DNA of 62,960 nt, counting the filler, from Licmophora abbreviata (taxonomy: Eukaryota): NCBI GenBank assembly GCA_900291995.1. It is 11 parts of 11 records of this genome, joined end to end, with 100 filler letters (N's around TTAATTAATTAA, not from the genome) between each part and the next. Parts side by side here need not be neighbours in the genome. Positions count along the whole stretch, not along the records: positions 42,483 to 54,937 come from OLMU01004596.1; positions 55,038 to 60,432 come from OLMU01004600.1; 9 more parts are not named here. One strand, given 5' to 3'. Under the pieces are notes generated by a model that was not told where the DNA came from, ran no database searches, and saw only the letters and a program-made list of their open reading frames with translations. The position numbers and the translations under genes were made by a program. Below, in pieces: positions 49,475 to 60,186 of this stretch; position 1 is the stretch's first letter, and each line of letters begins with the position of its first letter.

Positions 49475-50707
49475 ATGGCATCGAAGCTCCCTCCTCCCTC
49501 ACCTGGTACGCCGAACTCGTTCGGAACGCCAATGCTCAGCGAGCGTATGGTCCTCACAATTGAGCGGCGCGCCATGATGACGGCGGAGGACCACAGCCGC
49601 TCGGTGGGCGGTCGTTTGGGAGGTCACTTCGAATCGATTCGTTCGGTCGCGACTTTGTTAGACGACGAAGAGGAGGGCACGCCTGGAGAGTCCACACGAC
49701 TCTTGTTGACGCCTGAGGAAAAGCATTTACTAGAGCAAGGAATCACTCCGCCTCTCATTGTGTGGGTGCCCACGGCGCTTGCGTGCGCTGCGGCATTTGC
49801 TCTTTACAATGTATTCATCAAGAAAGGATCATTCACAGTAACGCCGATGCTGGGCGCGGTGGTACTTCAAATCGTTGCTGCGTTGCTGGGTACGATGCTA
49901 CTGGGTTTCGTGGTGTTGCAGTCTGGCGGCACGCAAGACATATACTACGATCGAAATGGTATTAAGTGGTCGGTCTGGGCAGGTATCACCGTTGGAATGG
50001 CGGAGATGTTGAGTTTCGCTGTATCGGGAATGGGCGTTCAGGCCACACAGTTTATTCCTATCATCATTGGAGGATCGGTAGGATTTGGCAGTATTCTGGG
50101 ACTAGTGCTGCTGGGCGAGAAGCTAATGCTTCATGGATGGTTCGGCGTGTTCATGCTAATAAGTGGCATCGCAATGGTTGCAACAGATCCAGGTGACAAG
50201 GTTGAGGAGGGAGGAGGCGAAGACGGCGATGGAGCTCCTCCTCTATACGTCTGGATTGGCCCCGCTTTGTTGTGCGCACTTGCGTACGCCATGTACAACA
50301 TCAATATCAAACGAGGTAGTGCGTCTATCAACCCACTACTCGGTGGAGTTGTTTTGCAGCTTGTAGCAGCGATGCTAGGATCGATATTGTTGATAGGCTT
50401 AATCATCAAGGACGGAGGGACTGGTGAACTGCGGTACGACACCATGGGACTTTTCTGGGCAGTCTGTGCTGGTCTTTCCGTTGGCACAGCCGAGATTTTA
50501 AGTTTCTGTGTAAGCGGCCTCGGAACTCCAGCAACGCAGTCAATACCTGTCATCATTGGAGGCAGCGTTGGTTTTGGTGCCGTGATCGGTGTGTCTCCAA
50601 TCTTAGGAGAAACATTGCTGTATCAGGGATGGTCGGGCGTGGCTCTTTTAATGGCCGGGATTGGGTTTGTGGCGACCGACCCTGGCGAAAAAGTAGCTGG
50701 TCACTGA
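49475..50707 (+). CDS. EamA/DMT superfamily transporter, two internal 5-TM repeats
   Basis: Duplicated WxxxALxCAxAxAxYN..IK.GS...P.LG.VVLQ ... ATQ.IP.IIGGSVGFG ... ATDPG.KV halves. Confidence 0.85.
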   Translation: MASKLPPPSPGTPNSFGTPMLSERMVLTIERRAMMTAEDHSRSVGGRLGGHFESIRSVATLLDDEEEGTPGESTRLLLTPEEKHLLEQGITPPLIVWVPTALACAAAFALYNVFIKKGSFTVTPMLGAVVLQIVAALLGTMLLGFVVLQSGGTQDIYYDRNGIKWSVWAGITVGMAEMLSFAVSGMGVQATQFIPIIIGGSVGFGSILGLVLLGEKLMLHGWFGVFMLISGIAMVATDPGDKVEEGGGEDGDGAPPLYVWIGPALLCALAYAMYNINIKRGSASINPLLGGVVLQLVAAMLGSILLIGLIIKDGGTGELRYDTMGLFWAVCAGLSVGTAEILSFCVSGLGTPATQSIPVIIGGSVGFGAVIGVSPILGETLLYQGWSGVALLMAGIGFVATDPGEKVAGH

Positions 50708-50852
50708 GGCACTCTCACTCATTGCATGTGATGCTCTCCTGTCTATACACTGCTTGCAATCAAGCTAGCCTATAAACTACGTAGCGATTTTGTGTTTTGT
50801 TTGCTTGTGACTCTCTTACCTATACAACAAGAAGTACCAGGTAACGCCAGCG

Positions 50853-52882
50853 CTACACCCCGTACGTGGTTCTGTAGCTAGTCACACTCGCAAGCACGCT
50901 CTCGTCGTACTCGGAACTTTTCTCAATGAAAGCCTGTAGCTGAGGAAGATCTACAATCGATACAACCGGTATCGACAGGTCCCTCGCTACGGCTTGTACT
51001 GCAGAGACAGGGTCCTCGAAGGACCGCTTCTCTGCCCGATCAAGAGCAATCACTACACCGACAGGCTTTGCGCCAATGTTATTCAACATGGTATACGATT
51101 CTCGAACGGCAGTGCCAGCGGTGATGACATCATCGACAACCAAAACTTGCTTGCCTTTCATCGGAGCACCAACAAGAACGCCGCCTTCCCCGTGATCTTT
51201 CGCCTCCTTTCGATTGTATGAAAAGCCGACGCTCACTCCATAGTCGCTGTACAATGCCGCGCATACAACTGCTCCTAGCGAAATGCCCTTGTAGGCAGGA
51301 CCAAATACAACGTCGAAGTTCACGGTTCCTCTTTCGGCCCTGTATTCAGTGGAGCAAAGACATCAACACTTAGGTCAGTAAACGCAAGTTGAGAGCCTAG
51401 AATTCCCTGATCGATCGAGCTGCTCCCAGTGGAACCGTCTTGTCTCAGAGTATATTGAATCAGCGAATTAGGCTTTGACCGGCATCTTCCCGATTGGGAA
51501 TAAGGTGAAAGAAGACCTATGTGGATCCTCACTGACAAGACGAATCCAATGGAAAAAACTACTCCTCGATACAGATCTTGTTGTCCCGTTCTCAGGTTGG
51601 GTCGGTGCACTTGCAAATAAATTTATTTCATCGCCACTCACGTGGGGGCGGATCGATAACACGGACCAAGTGGTACTCTCGTCATTCCCATCCGCTTGAG
51701 AGAAACAACAGGATCGACTGGGCAACTTACAGTTCACTCGAGTTCATGATTGCTGAAGCGTACGATTTCCCAAGCTTGAAGAGGGCGGCCCCTGACGCAA
51801 ACAGGCCTGCATTAAAAAAGTAGGGTGAGGTTCGCCCACTTTTGAGTACGAAGGAGCCAAACTTCAGCACCCCCTCAGCCAGACTGAATTCCAAGAACTC
51901 GGTCTGATACTTTTGAATATCAGTAGTTCTGCTGGCGTTGGAATCCTCCAAAACGTGTTTTCGCGCTTCCTGTATCTGCTCCTTTAGTGCCTTTGCCGCG
52001 GCACCTGGATCATTAGCTCGGCTAATGCCTCTCGACACAGGAAGCAGCAACCCAGAACCTTGCTGGTTCAAGCCAGCGGCAACAGTATCTTCCAGACTTC
52101 CGCCTTGTGCCCCGATTCCTGGTGCTAGAATCCATACAGCCGATCCTGCCGCCTGCCGAGCCCGGCGCATTGCCACAGGATCGGTTGCACCCACAACCAA
52201 GCCAAGCTGCGCGTTGTCGTTCTGAGAAGACCACTGTCCAGCCAGATGCGCGATGCGTTCGTAGAGAGTCTCACTCGATCGCAGTTCCAATGCAAGCAGA
52301 TCATTGGAGCCAGGATTTGAAGTCTTGCACAAAAGAAAAGCTCCTTTATCTGCGTATATTCCAGTGACGAAGGGACTCACCGAGTCCCATCCCATAAGCG
52401 GACTCAGCGTGACAGCATCAGCACCTACGTCGTACGCGGCTGTAGCGTATGCAGCTGCTGTAGAGCCAATGTCACCGCGCTTGACGTCCAACAGAATGGG
52501 TATGCTGGAAGGAATCTGTTTCAAGACACGCCTTAACGTCTCAGCACCATGTCTGCTTCCAAGAGCTTCAAAGAATGCAGCGTTGGGCTTGTAACAGGCT
52601 GCATGCGGTGCTACAGAATCAAGGAAGGAACAAGCATTAGGCATGAGCGCAGCAGACTAAGAGAGACAAACGGCAGTAGATCCCGTCCCCTAACGACATC
52701 TTACCGGTGGCATCGATAAGCGTCTTGCAGAAAGTGTAAGCGGCATCGGACTGGTCCTCTTGTGAGACTCCATCTAGTCCATCGGGAAACAGTTCCGAAG
52801 CATGCGGGTCAAGGCCGACACAAAGGAGCGAGTCAATTTCCTCGACTCGCTTCTCCAGCTTTGCGAAAAATGAGGTGCTCAT
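50853..52882 (-). CDS. UMPS: Bifunctional UMP synthase, OMP decarboxylase-orotate phosphoribosyltransferase order; short intron 1 and 391-nt intron 2 (51340-51730)
   Basis: [35 protein letters not shown] (OMPDC); [47 protein letters not shown] (OPRT). Confidence 0.95.
51436..51542 (-). ncRNA. Intronic box C/D snoRNA candidate with two LSU-rRNA antisense elements
   Basis: Perfect 9-bp terminal stem CGTCTTGTC/GACAAGACG flanking box C GTGAGGA (51532-51526) and box D CTGA (51448-51445); internal TTCCC/GGGAA hairpin; elements GGTCTTCTTTC and CGCTGATTC. Confidence 0.8.
51587..51690 (-). ncRNA. Intronic box C/D snoRNA, U18/SNORD18 counterpart
   Basis: Box C ATGACGA (51685-51679); 13-nt guide CTTGGTCCGTGTT (51670-51658) before D' TCGA; C' GCGATGA; box D CTGA (51595-51592); outer stem GATCCTGTTGT/ACAACAAGATC. 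Confidence 0.82.
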
Positions 52883-53209
52883 GTTTTCTATACACTTCAA
52901 TGAATATAACGAGGGATGTAGGGACACACAGAAGAAAGAACAGAAGCACAGCAGCAAACCAAAGACGCAATCAAAGGAGTGCTGCTGCTGTGTTTGTTTG
53001 GGTCAGGTCGAAATATGCGACGCGCTCGGATTTCAGTTTGTACGACGTCTCTCGTACTAACCCTCGTAGAAGTTGAATGGCTCTCGGAGGAGCAAAGCTG
53101 GAGCACGGACGACGAACGGGTCAAGTGGTTCTACATCAATAGGAACGACGTTGGTTGGGAAGGCCTGATGATTGTAGATTTTCGACTACCGGTAGCCTGC
53201 TCGGTCATC

Positions 53210-54272
53210 CTACTTCTGTACAAAGTGCAGCTCGATAGAGTTGGCGACATCTAGATCGTCTCGCCCAATCCAGGCATCTCTCCGGTGCTGACACGAGTCG
53301 GATGCAAACAACACTAGGCGATCCCTCTTGGCCGTAACATGTTCATTGGTGTCTTCAAATGTCACACCCCCTTCAAGCGCGCTTACATCCCATTCAGAAG
53401 AAATAGGGTAGTAAATCAGAGATAGTTTCCGCTTGTCGTCCGACTCTGTTGCCACAGCTCCGAATGGTCTAGGTGGCGACCGTTCGACTCTATCACTTGC
53501 CTGAGACTGTGCACTCCCTCGCGCAAGCTCTAGAGAGGCAAGCCATGACTTTCGACTATACGTCCGCAAAGTCGCCATACAAGCTGATGAATCCAGCTCG
53601 GCGTAATCAGTGACCATTGCTGGCAAGTGCTTCGTCACACTCACAACGAGCTCGACTATGCGAGGGCACTGTGCATACTGCTCTTCTCCTCCCTTGATGG
53701 AAACTGTATATTCACCAAAACCTAGATTTTCTAAATCCATGTCCATTTGATCCTGCTCCAGCATAGACGCCCCTTCCTCTTGAAGTTCCGAAATAAGATC
53801 GTCGTTCCCTTCAAGAAACTTGTCGTGAACATAGTACCCCTTTTTCGACAGTGACTCTTGCAGTTCCTGTTTTGGAAGTGCTTCCACACACTTTCGAACA
53901 CACGTGAGCATATCCACACTCTTCCGCTGTGCGTCGATCATTTCCTTGGCTCGCCGTTGTTGTGGTGGCTCTGCTTCGGACTCCCCTTCTTTCGGCGTAG
54001 GAGGTTCGGCTCGGATGGCTGCAGGGGTAGATTCTTCAAAGTCAACTGGCTTCCCAGTCACTGAGCGCGGAGGCATGCGTTTAGCTCGGCGCTTTCTCTT
54101 TTCTGCCATGGAAAGTTTTTGACTTTTTGGCAAACAAGGCTGACGATATAACATGGCAACAGGCCGGCGGCGTCAGAGGTATAGCACTGGGTGCCCATCC
54201 AGAGACGAACGTCGTCTCGTAACACAGTAGCGACAGCGCTATTGCTGACAACAGAAAGCGGCATGGACTCAT
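53210..54272 (-). CDS. Plastid-targeted degenerate 2OG-Fe(II) oxygenase-fold (prolyl hydroxylase-like) protein; apparent frameshift at T5 run 54116-54120
   Basis: Presequence MSPCRFLLSAIALSLL..VSG|WAP..SALFAKK; GYYVHDKFL, RKLSLIYY...W....GG, V.AKRDRLVLF.SD..H. Confidence 0.6.
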
Positions 54273-55037
54273 GTTGAATCCCACCGGAAAACTTTGTTTG
54301 GGTTTCAGACACAACTGTTTCTTCCTCCATCAAACCATCAGCGCAGTGATGAAGCTTGAAAAGAAGTGTCAGTTGTCAGTTCGATGATGTCGAGCCCAAA
54401 ACTCGTAACGACGCGATATCATAAAGCTTGACGTGAAAGTGTTTTCGCCCGAGGGCCAGACGTCCATGGAGCTCTGTGACGCAAACACGTTTCAAAACTA
54501 GTAACTCAGACATTCCCGTTTCCAGTCGTGTTTATACCAACGCATGAAACAGCTCAGGCAAAATGACTCATTTCGAACACTTTTGATTACAGAGAGGAGC
54601 ATCCACGAACCTCACGTGTTTGGAGAAAGTGACGCACACGCTACGTACTTGAGCTACCAATCTCCACGTAGAACTGTCTACGTTGAATCTTCATACAGAA
54701 TCTACGCGAGGTCGAGTTTGTCGAGGTCGCAAACAGAGCTCAGAATTCTGTTCGCCATCTCACATTTTGATACGAATCAGCACGTAGAGTCTCTACCAGT
54801 TTGTACGGTCGGCTTCCTGAGTCATAAAATACTCCTCACTTTTTCAGCTTTCGTGCACAATCCAACTAAGTATCACAACTTTACCCATCAATCATCTTTT
54901 TGCCAACAACAACAAGAAAAAACCACCATGTGTCCCCNNNNNNNNNNNNNNNNNNNNNNNNNNNNNNNNNNNNNNNNNNNNTTAATTAATTAANNNNNNN
55001 NNNNNNNNNNNNNNNNNNNNNNNNNNNNNNNNNNNNN

Positions 55038-56342
55038 CTTGTGAACGCCGAGCTCACTGCTGCCTCACGTGTTTACTCGGCGGGGTCCGCAGCCAAGTAT
55101 CCGAGTGCCGTAACAGGCCATGCTCATGTGGCAGGAGAGGGCACCGTTGACGGTGCTTTGGCCGGTCGTCTGGTTTCACTGCACATGGCTCGAGATTATC
55201 ACGGAAGGCATCCGGGAAACAAAACATTAGACGAAGACGTTCCTTCGTTTGCGGCTAAATCAGTTTCCGTGTGGCGCTCCGACGTGTGTACATATTTGCC
55301 AGGGGAAGTGGCGCAGCAGAAATCCCTTGGGAACATTGGTGTACACGCTCTTTGTATTGGGAGCTGTGATCCTGAGCGACTAACTACGCACGGCTACTGG
55401 TGGACCAACCGACGGCTCCTCGAGCAGACTGTGGATGGAAGTTCTATCAACTCAAGACGGCTCACCCGCCGACGTATGACTCGATCATCGTCAAAGATGT
55501 TGCCTGTATTTGGAACTGGTGCCGTCTTTTATGTTGACAAAGTTGGCCGGATCCGGGGAGTAATGACTTGGGGACTACCATTCGCATCAACGACGAAGGG
55601 CAATAGCAATGCGGAGCTTAATCAAGAGCTTGTTGAGAGAATGAAGGCACTCCTCGGAACGAGTGCTGGTGTTTCGCCCTGGGAGCATGAACCCGATGCT
55701 GTCTTGCAACGAAGCAACCTAATGGCCGAGAGTAAAGCCCTTGTTGGCATAGCTCTATCGAGAAAGATGACTCGGCGGGACACGACGCGAAACATTCAGA
55801 AGTTGAAAGTCTCAATAGAGGACATGGGCATACCACTGTATCGTTTTACGGCAGCAAAGCCTCCAAAGATACGGAACATCGGCGTTCTCCGACAAAAGGA
55901 TCACTCTCGGTACTCGCATTTGATGGGCGAAGACTTGTTCGTAAAGAACGAGTACGACGACCGCGAATACTTTCACCTGCCAGCATTGACGCAAGCGCAG
56001 CAAAAGGACCCTTTGATTAACGCTAGAATCCAGCAGATTCGTGAAGAGCTGCTTGATCAACAACTAAATGAAAACGAAATTCTTGCTCGGCCGCCAAAGG
56101 AAGAGCCACTGTGGCTTCGAAGAGGTGAAGCCCACAAAGGAATAAGCATGCGCGAAAGAATGGCAGACAACATTTTCAGAAATGTGCGAAAGGGGCGGTT
56201 TGCTGATGGAACTGACTCTGTGAAGCAGGCTCCTGTACCGCAATCACTCCGAAATGCAACGGATAGTATGCGCAGCTGGATAAATCCATCTAATGCGAAC
56301 GACGACCAGAACTGGGACGATGACGATGTGGAGGAAGAATGA
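55038..56342 (+). CDS. 3' part of an FAD-dependent pyridine-nucleotide oxidoreductase (AIF-like); 5' part in or before gap
   Basis: VNAEL....VYSAG.AA.YP....G, G.LAG...M, WRSD, G.G.VFY....RI.GV..W resemble the AIF C-terminal region. Confidence 0.55.
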   Translation, partial: LVNAELTAASRVYSAGSAAKYPSAVTGHAHVAGEGTVDGALAGRLVSLHMARDYHGRHPGNKTLDEDVPSFAAKSVSVWRSDVCTYLPGEVAQQKSLGNIGVHALCIGSCDPERLTTHGYWWTNRRLLEQTVDGSSINSRRLTRRRMTRSSSKMLPVFGTGAVFYVDKVGRIRGVMTWGLPFASTTKGNSNAELNQELVERMKALLGTSAGVSPWEHEPDAVLQRSNLMAESKALVGIALSRKMTRRDTTRNIQKLKVSIEDMGIPLYRFTAAKPPKIRNIGVLRQKDHSRYSHLMGEDLFVKNEYDDREYFHLPALTQAQQKDPLINARIQQIREELLDQQLNENEILARPPKEEPLWLRRGEAHKGISMRERMADNIFRNVRKGRFADGTDSVKQAPVPQSLRNATDSMRSWINPSNANDDQNWDDDDVEEE

Positions 56343-56375
56343 GATCCGTTATGTGAGCCTCTCGCGAGACCAAGT

Positions 56376-57500
56376 TTACTTGCGTGCATCCGCTTTTACA
56401 AATTCAAATAAACCTTCGTACGAGTCAGAAAAGCGTTCATTGCCTGTTGGTTGGTCGAACGATGACTGAAGTGGAAATGCTGTCCCTCTTCGAAATACCT
56501 CGACAGTTATCCCTCTCTTCCCGCTAGTCAGCGCACCAACAATGACACCTCCTAGCTCATCGACGGTCAGTCCACCTCCACTCGTATCCCCCTGGTTGAG
56601 TTCTATATCGATGGCGCCATTCTTCGTCGTTCCCTTCATGAACGACCCAGGTCGTATGATAATATAGTTTTTCTTGGATTTGAGTATATCTCGTACGCTC
56701 TTCTCGCCTTCCAATTTGGCATCCATCATGCCAAATAAGTTCCCTTCCAATGCATTCGTAACTTGATATGCTTTGGACTTGGGTCTCTCTACTGCCAGCA
56801 CCGAAACGTCGACCAGCAACGCATTCAACTCGCGTGCAGCCTGAGCGGCAACGGCCAGTCCATCGCAGTCCACTTCCTGAGCCGTACCGCCTTGTGGACT
56901 GGCGGACGCACAATATACAATCGCCGACGTTTGCGTAGTGAGTAGCGCACGTTTGAACTCCTCTTTGTTTCGGACATCGACTGGATCAGCATAATGAAAC
57001 AGGTACCCTTTCGAGCCAGGGGGAAGTTTGTCTTTGACCGGAGGCTCTTTGCCGGTTCGTGTGATGGTGACTGCATAGAGACCTTCCTTCGCCAACGTCT
57101 GAGCCACCGCCATTCCTGTTCTCCCCCCAGCACCAATAACCGCCACTGGGTGCTCCGACGATCCAACGGGCCTACTCCCAGCGAGTGCAAGTCGAGGAAA
57201 TCTTGCCCAAACGGCGCTACCGCCAGCGACGGCCGAGACTCGTTGGAAAACGTTCCGTCGCGAGACGTCCCGGATCTTTGAAAAATAAGGGCCACTAGAA
57301 TCTTCATTAGCATCATTATCGTTTGGCATCATCTGTCTAGAGGAGGAGTGCCGTGATCTGTGACGGGCGATGGGTGACACGGATGATGGGACGGCGAGGC
57401 GCTGTCGATGATGGGTTTGCCTTTTCGTTTCGACTTGAAGCGCCTCTGTTTCATGCCGCAACAACAAGATACATAGTAAGAAAGAGCAGATAGAAGACAT
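56376..57500 (-). CDS. NAD(P)-binding atypical SDR (NmrA/Tic62-like) with tripartite plastid/lumen presequence
   Basis: VAVIGAGGRTG, VD..G....A.AA, K..GE..VR, YIIIRPG, QGD..GG; signal peptide plus twin-arginine VSRRNVF...ALA. Confidence 0.8.
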   Translation of the reverse strand: MSSICSFLLCILLLRHETEALQVETKRQTHHRQRLAVPSSVSPIARHRSRHSSSRQMMPNDNDANEDSSGPYFSKIRDVSRRNVFQRVSAVAGGSAVWARFPRLALAGSRPVGSSEHPVAVIGAGGRTGMAVAQTLAKEGLYAVTITRTGKEPPVKDKLPPGSKGYLFHYADPVDVRNKEEFKRALLTTQTSAIVYCASASPQGGTAQEVDCDGLAVAAQAARELNALLVDVSVLAVERPKSKAYQVTNALEGNLFGMMDAKLEGEKSVRDILKSKKNYIIIRPGSFMKGTTKNGAIDIELNQGDTSGGGLTVDELGGVIVGALTSGKRGITVEVFRRGTAFPLQSSFDQPTGNERFSDSYEGLFEFVKADARK

Positions 57501-57761
57501 TGAGTTTATAGTCACGTAGGAGCAAGACCGTAACAAGAACCGCGTGAGTATTAGAGGATATATTGGCCACAGCCCGCCCCACACATAGGTGATGTGTTTG
57601 AGTGGTGCAAAGCAAAGCATCGCCGCGGCGCGCGCGTCGTTGCTCGGTGCGGCGGCTCCCTCACCCGCGTCACTTTCATCAGAGGTCCCTCTATTGTACC
57701 TTCCTACGATTCTAACGACGTAGTACGTATGATAGTCAATTTCTTTAGATGTCTGTATCTC

Positions 57762-59065
57762 TTAGGCTGTAGGTTCCATACTTCCCTCCAGAATGCGCCC
57801 AACTCGAGATCCGCTGGGCCGCGTGACGGGCAGAACGACGCCTGACGGTGCCGCTGCCCCCTCTGTATCACGCCGCCCGAGAGGGACTTTGAGCCCTGTT
57901 GCCGGGGCATCCCATCCCGACCCCCAATACGAGAACTCCCCTAACTTGACGAGGGAAGCACGAACCGCCAGGGCTTTTTTATCGTTCATGGCCGCCACCG
58001 CCGCGCCTTCATCTGGAGCTGATGCCGGAACGACCTCGGATGGTGGTGATGCCGAGTCGTCCAAATCCACAATGTCGCGCCGCCCCATGGAAATGGACAT
58101 TGGAAAGGGTGGCATGAAGGAAGGGATGTAGGAAGGACGAGTCAGATCGGATGAACCTTGAGATGTCACCGACGCTTTCACGCCATCCAGTCTAGGACGT
58201 TTCTTGGGCGGTTCTCCCTTCTCTGCTGTTTCATCCATTGCCGCCTGTTTCTCATCTTGGTCACCCTTTTGCGCCACTCCACCCATCACACTCCCCCATT
58301 CGATCTGAAACACACCATCGGGCATATCTCCCACTGGGTTATCTGCCATCGCTACCACGGACGTATCCTTTGGAGCTTCGTACATATGGAGCGATCGCGA
58401 CACAGATTCAGAAAGCGTGTGTGGATTCGCGCACTTCTCCGACGCGAGCGGAAACGACGGAACTTCATTCAAATACGGAGCCTCCCAGCCCACTCGACGC
58501 GAGGCGTTGCTTCCTCCTGGTCCTACCTTGCCAGTTCCCAGAGGCACGTCGGCACCATCATCATCCGTGATACTGGCTATCCTTTCACCATGACGACGAT
58601 CCCATTGGGGTCCAAACAGAAACTGTGCCAGGTCCTGCCACGCAGTCGTGTCGGTCATAGAATTCGTGGTCGTCGACTCTGCCGCGACATCTGCATCTTG
58701 TGCCTCCTCGTTTTCCAGATTGAGTCGATGAACGGCTGGAGAGGAGCACATGGCAATTGCGTCCAAGGCATCCAGCACATTGACATGGGCGGACGTGCGC
58801 CGCGAGCTTTCCACATTGGACGACAGGACCTTTCCAATCTACGAACAAAGAGTACATCGTCATTAGAGACTTCACACACCAAAATCGATCCAAGCCAACA
58901 CGCGCCAAAGCAACAACGTACTTTTTGAAGGTAGGACAAAAGCACATCTGCCAGCACGTCCAGTGCTTCTTGACTCATGGATTCAAGACCCAAGTGCAAG
59001 GCAGCTCGTGCCACCGCCCTCCTGGCGACTTCGTGGCAGTATATATCATCGTCCTGGGCGTTCAT
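57762..59065 (-). CDS. TAF8-like protein (bromodomain-associated histone fold); intron 58839-58921
   Basis: ARRAVARAALHLG.ES....ALDVL.DVL..YL..IG......E.S.RT..HVN.LD; PSYIPSFMPPFP motif. Confidence 0.75.
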
Positions 59066-59403
59066 TTCGATGTACTCTAATTTAGAACGGGGAATGTGGG
59101 CGGCAACGTGTTGGAAGCGTCACACTACTCTCTGTCTCCGTTGCGGATGTTGTCGTGTGTGCCGTCACAATAGACGAGGCTTTTGGTTGCTCGTACTGTG
59201 ATGCGCGGACAGACCGCATTCACCCTTTTATAGAAGCATAGGGTTAGCGATAATAACCGTGACGCCGGCGGCGATGAAGACGAGATCCGCGGCGTGTCTC
59301 ATGTGCGATGACGACGACGATGATGGTTGTGAGGCCCTCATCATCATCATCATCATCCATGCAACGAGCGAGGCGCTACGTATGATACTTTGCAGTCGCC
59401 ATC

Positions 59404-60186
59404 ATGGCAGCGCTCGTCACTACGATACGCCCAAATCTCAATTTGGCTCTCCTTGGAGCCCCGGGAAGCGGAAAGGGCTCATACGGAAAGTTGCTCTCGA
59501 AAACCCTGCGACTCCCTCTGGTCACCGTGAGCAATGTCCTCCGACAACAACAACAACAACAGTATTGTGCCGACGAAGCTCGGGCTCACATGTCCTCAGG
59601 AAAGTTACTAAGGGACGAAACTGTTTGTCAAATACTCCAAAACTACCTGATGGATATTACGACGGCACATGTTACCAATGGCGGCTACATTCTGGACGGG
59701 TTTCCAAGAACGTTACGGCAGATCCATCTCATGCAAGACTCGTGGCCTCGTGAGATTCAGGTAGAGGGTGCAATTGCGCTTAATGTTCCGAACCAGGTAT
59801 GCAAGGAGAAGATCATGGGTCGACGGTACTGTTCGAAATGTGGAAATCACTTCAACACCGCCGACGTCCTACATGGAGATTTTGATCTACCGGCCCAACT
59901 TCCTACCCATCCGAACTGTATTGTTTTCGAGGAGGCGGGAGGCAGTCGGACTAGTAGAATTCATTTGACCTGTGAGAAAGAGCATTGGACGACGCGACCC
60001 GATGATGCCTGTCCCAATATTGTCCAAGAGCGACTGGAGATCCACGAGGATAATACCACTCCCATTTTGGAATATTTTGCGAAACATCGACATCTGCTGA
60101 CGTTTATTCCTAACAAAGGCTACGATGACATGCCCCGTTTCGAGCGAGTCATTGATGAGTGGCTTAAAGGGATGGAAAGCCCGTGA
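59404..60186 (+). CDS. Adenylate kinase family protein
   Basis: LLGAPGSGKGS P-loop, M.SGKL..D, ILDGFPRT..Q, GRR.C.KCG LID, R.DD......RL. Confidence 0.9.
   Translation: MAALVTTIRPNLNLALLGAPGSGKGSYGKLLSKTLRLPLVTVSNVLRQQQQQQYCADEARAHMSSGKLLRDETVCQILQNYLMDITTAHVTNGGYILDGFPRTLRQIHLMQDSWPREIQVEGAIALNVPNQVCKEKIMGRRYCSKCGNHFNTADVLHGDFDLPAQLPTHPNCIVFEEAGGSRTSRIHLTCEKEHWTTRPDDACPNIVQERLEIHEDNTTPILEYFAKHRHLLTFIPNKGYDDMPRFERVIDEWLKGMESP

Noticed and set aside
59339..59560. (CAT)n and (CAA)n runs around the adenylate kinase start
   Set aside because: Ordinary short microsatellites, one in the UTR and one encoding poly-Q
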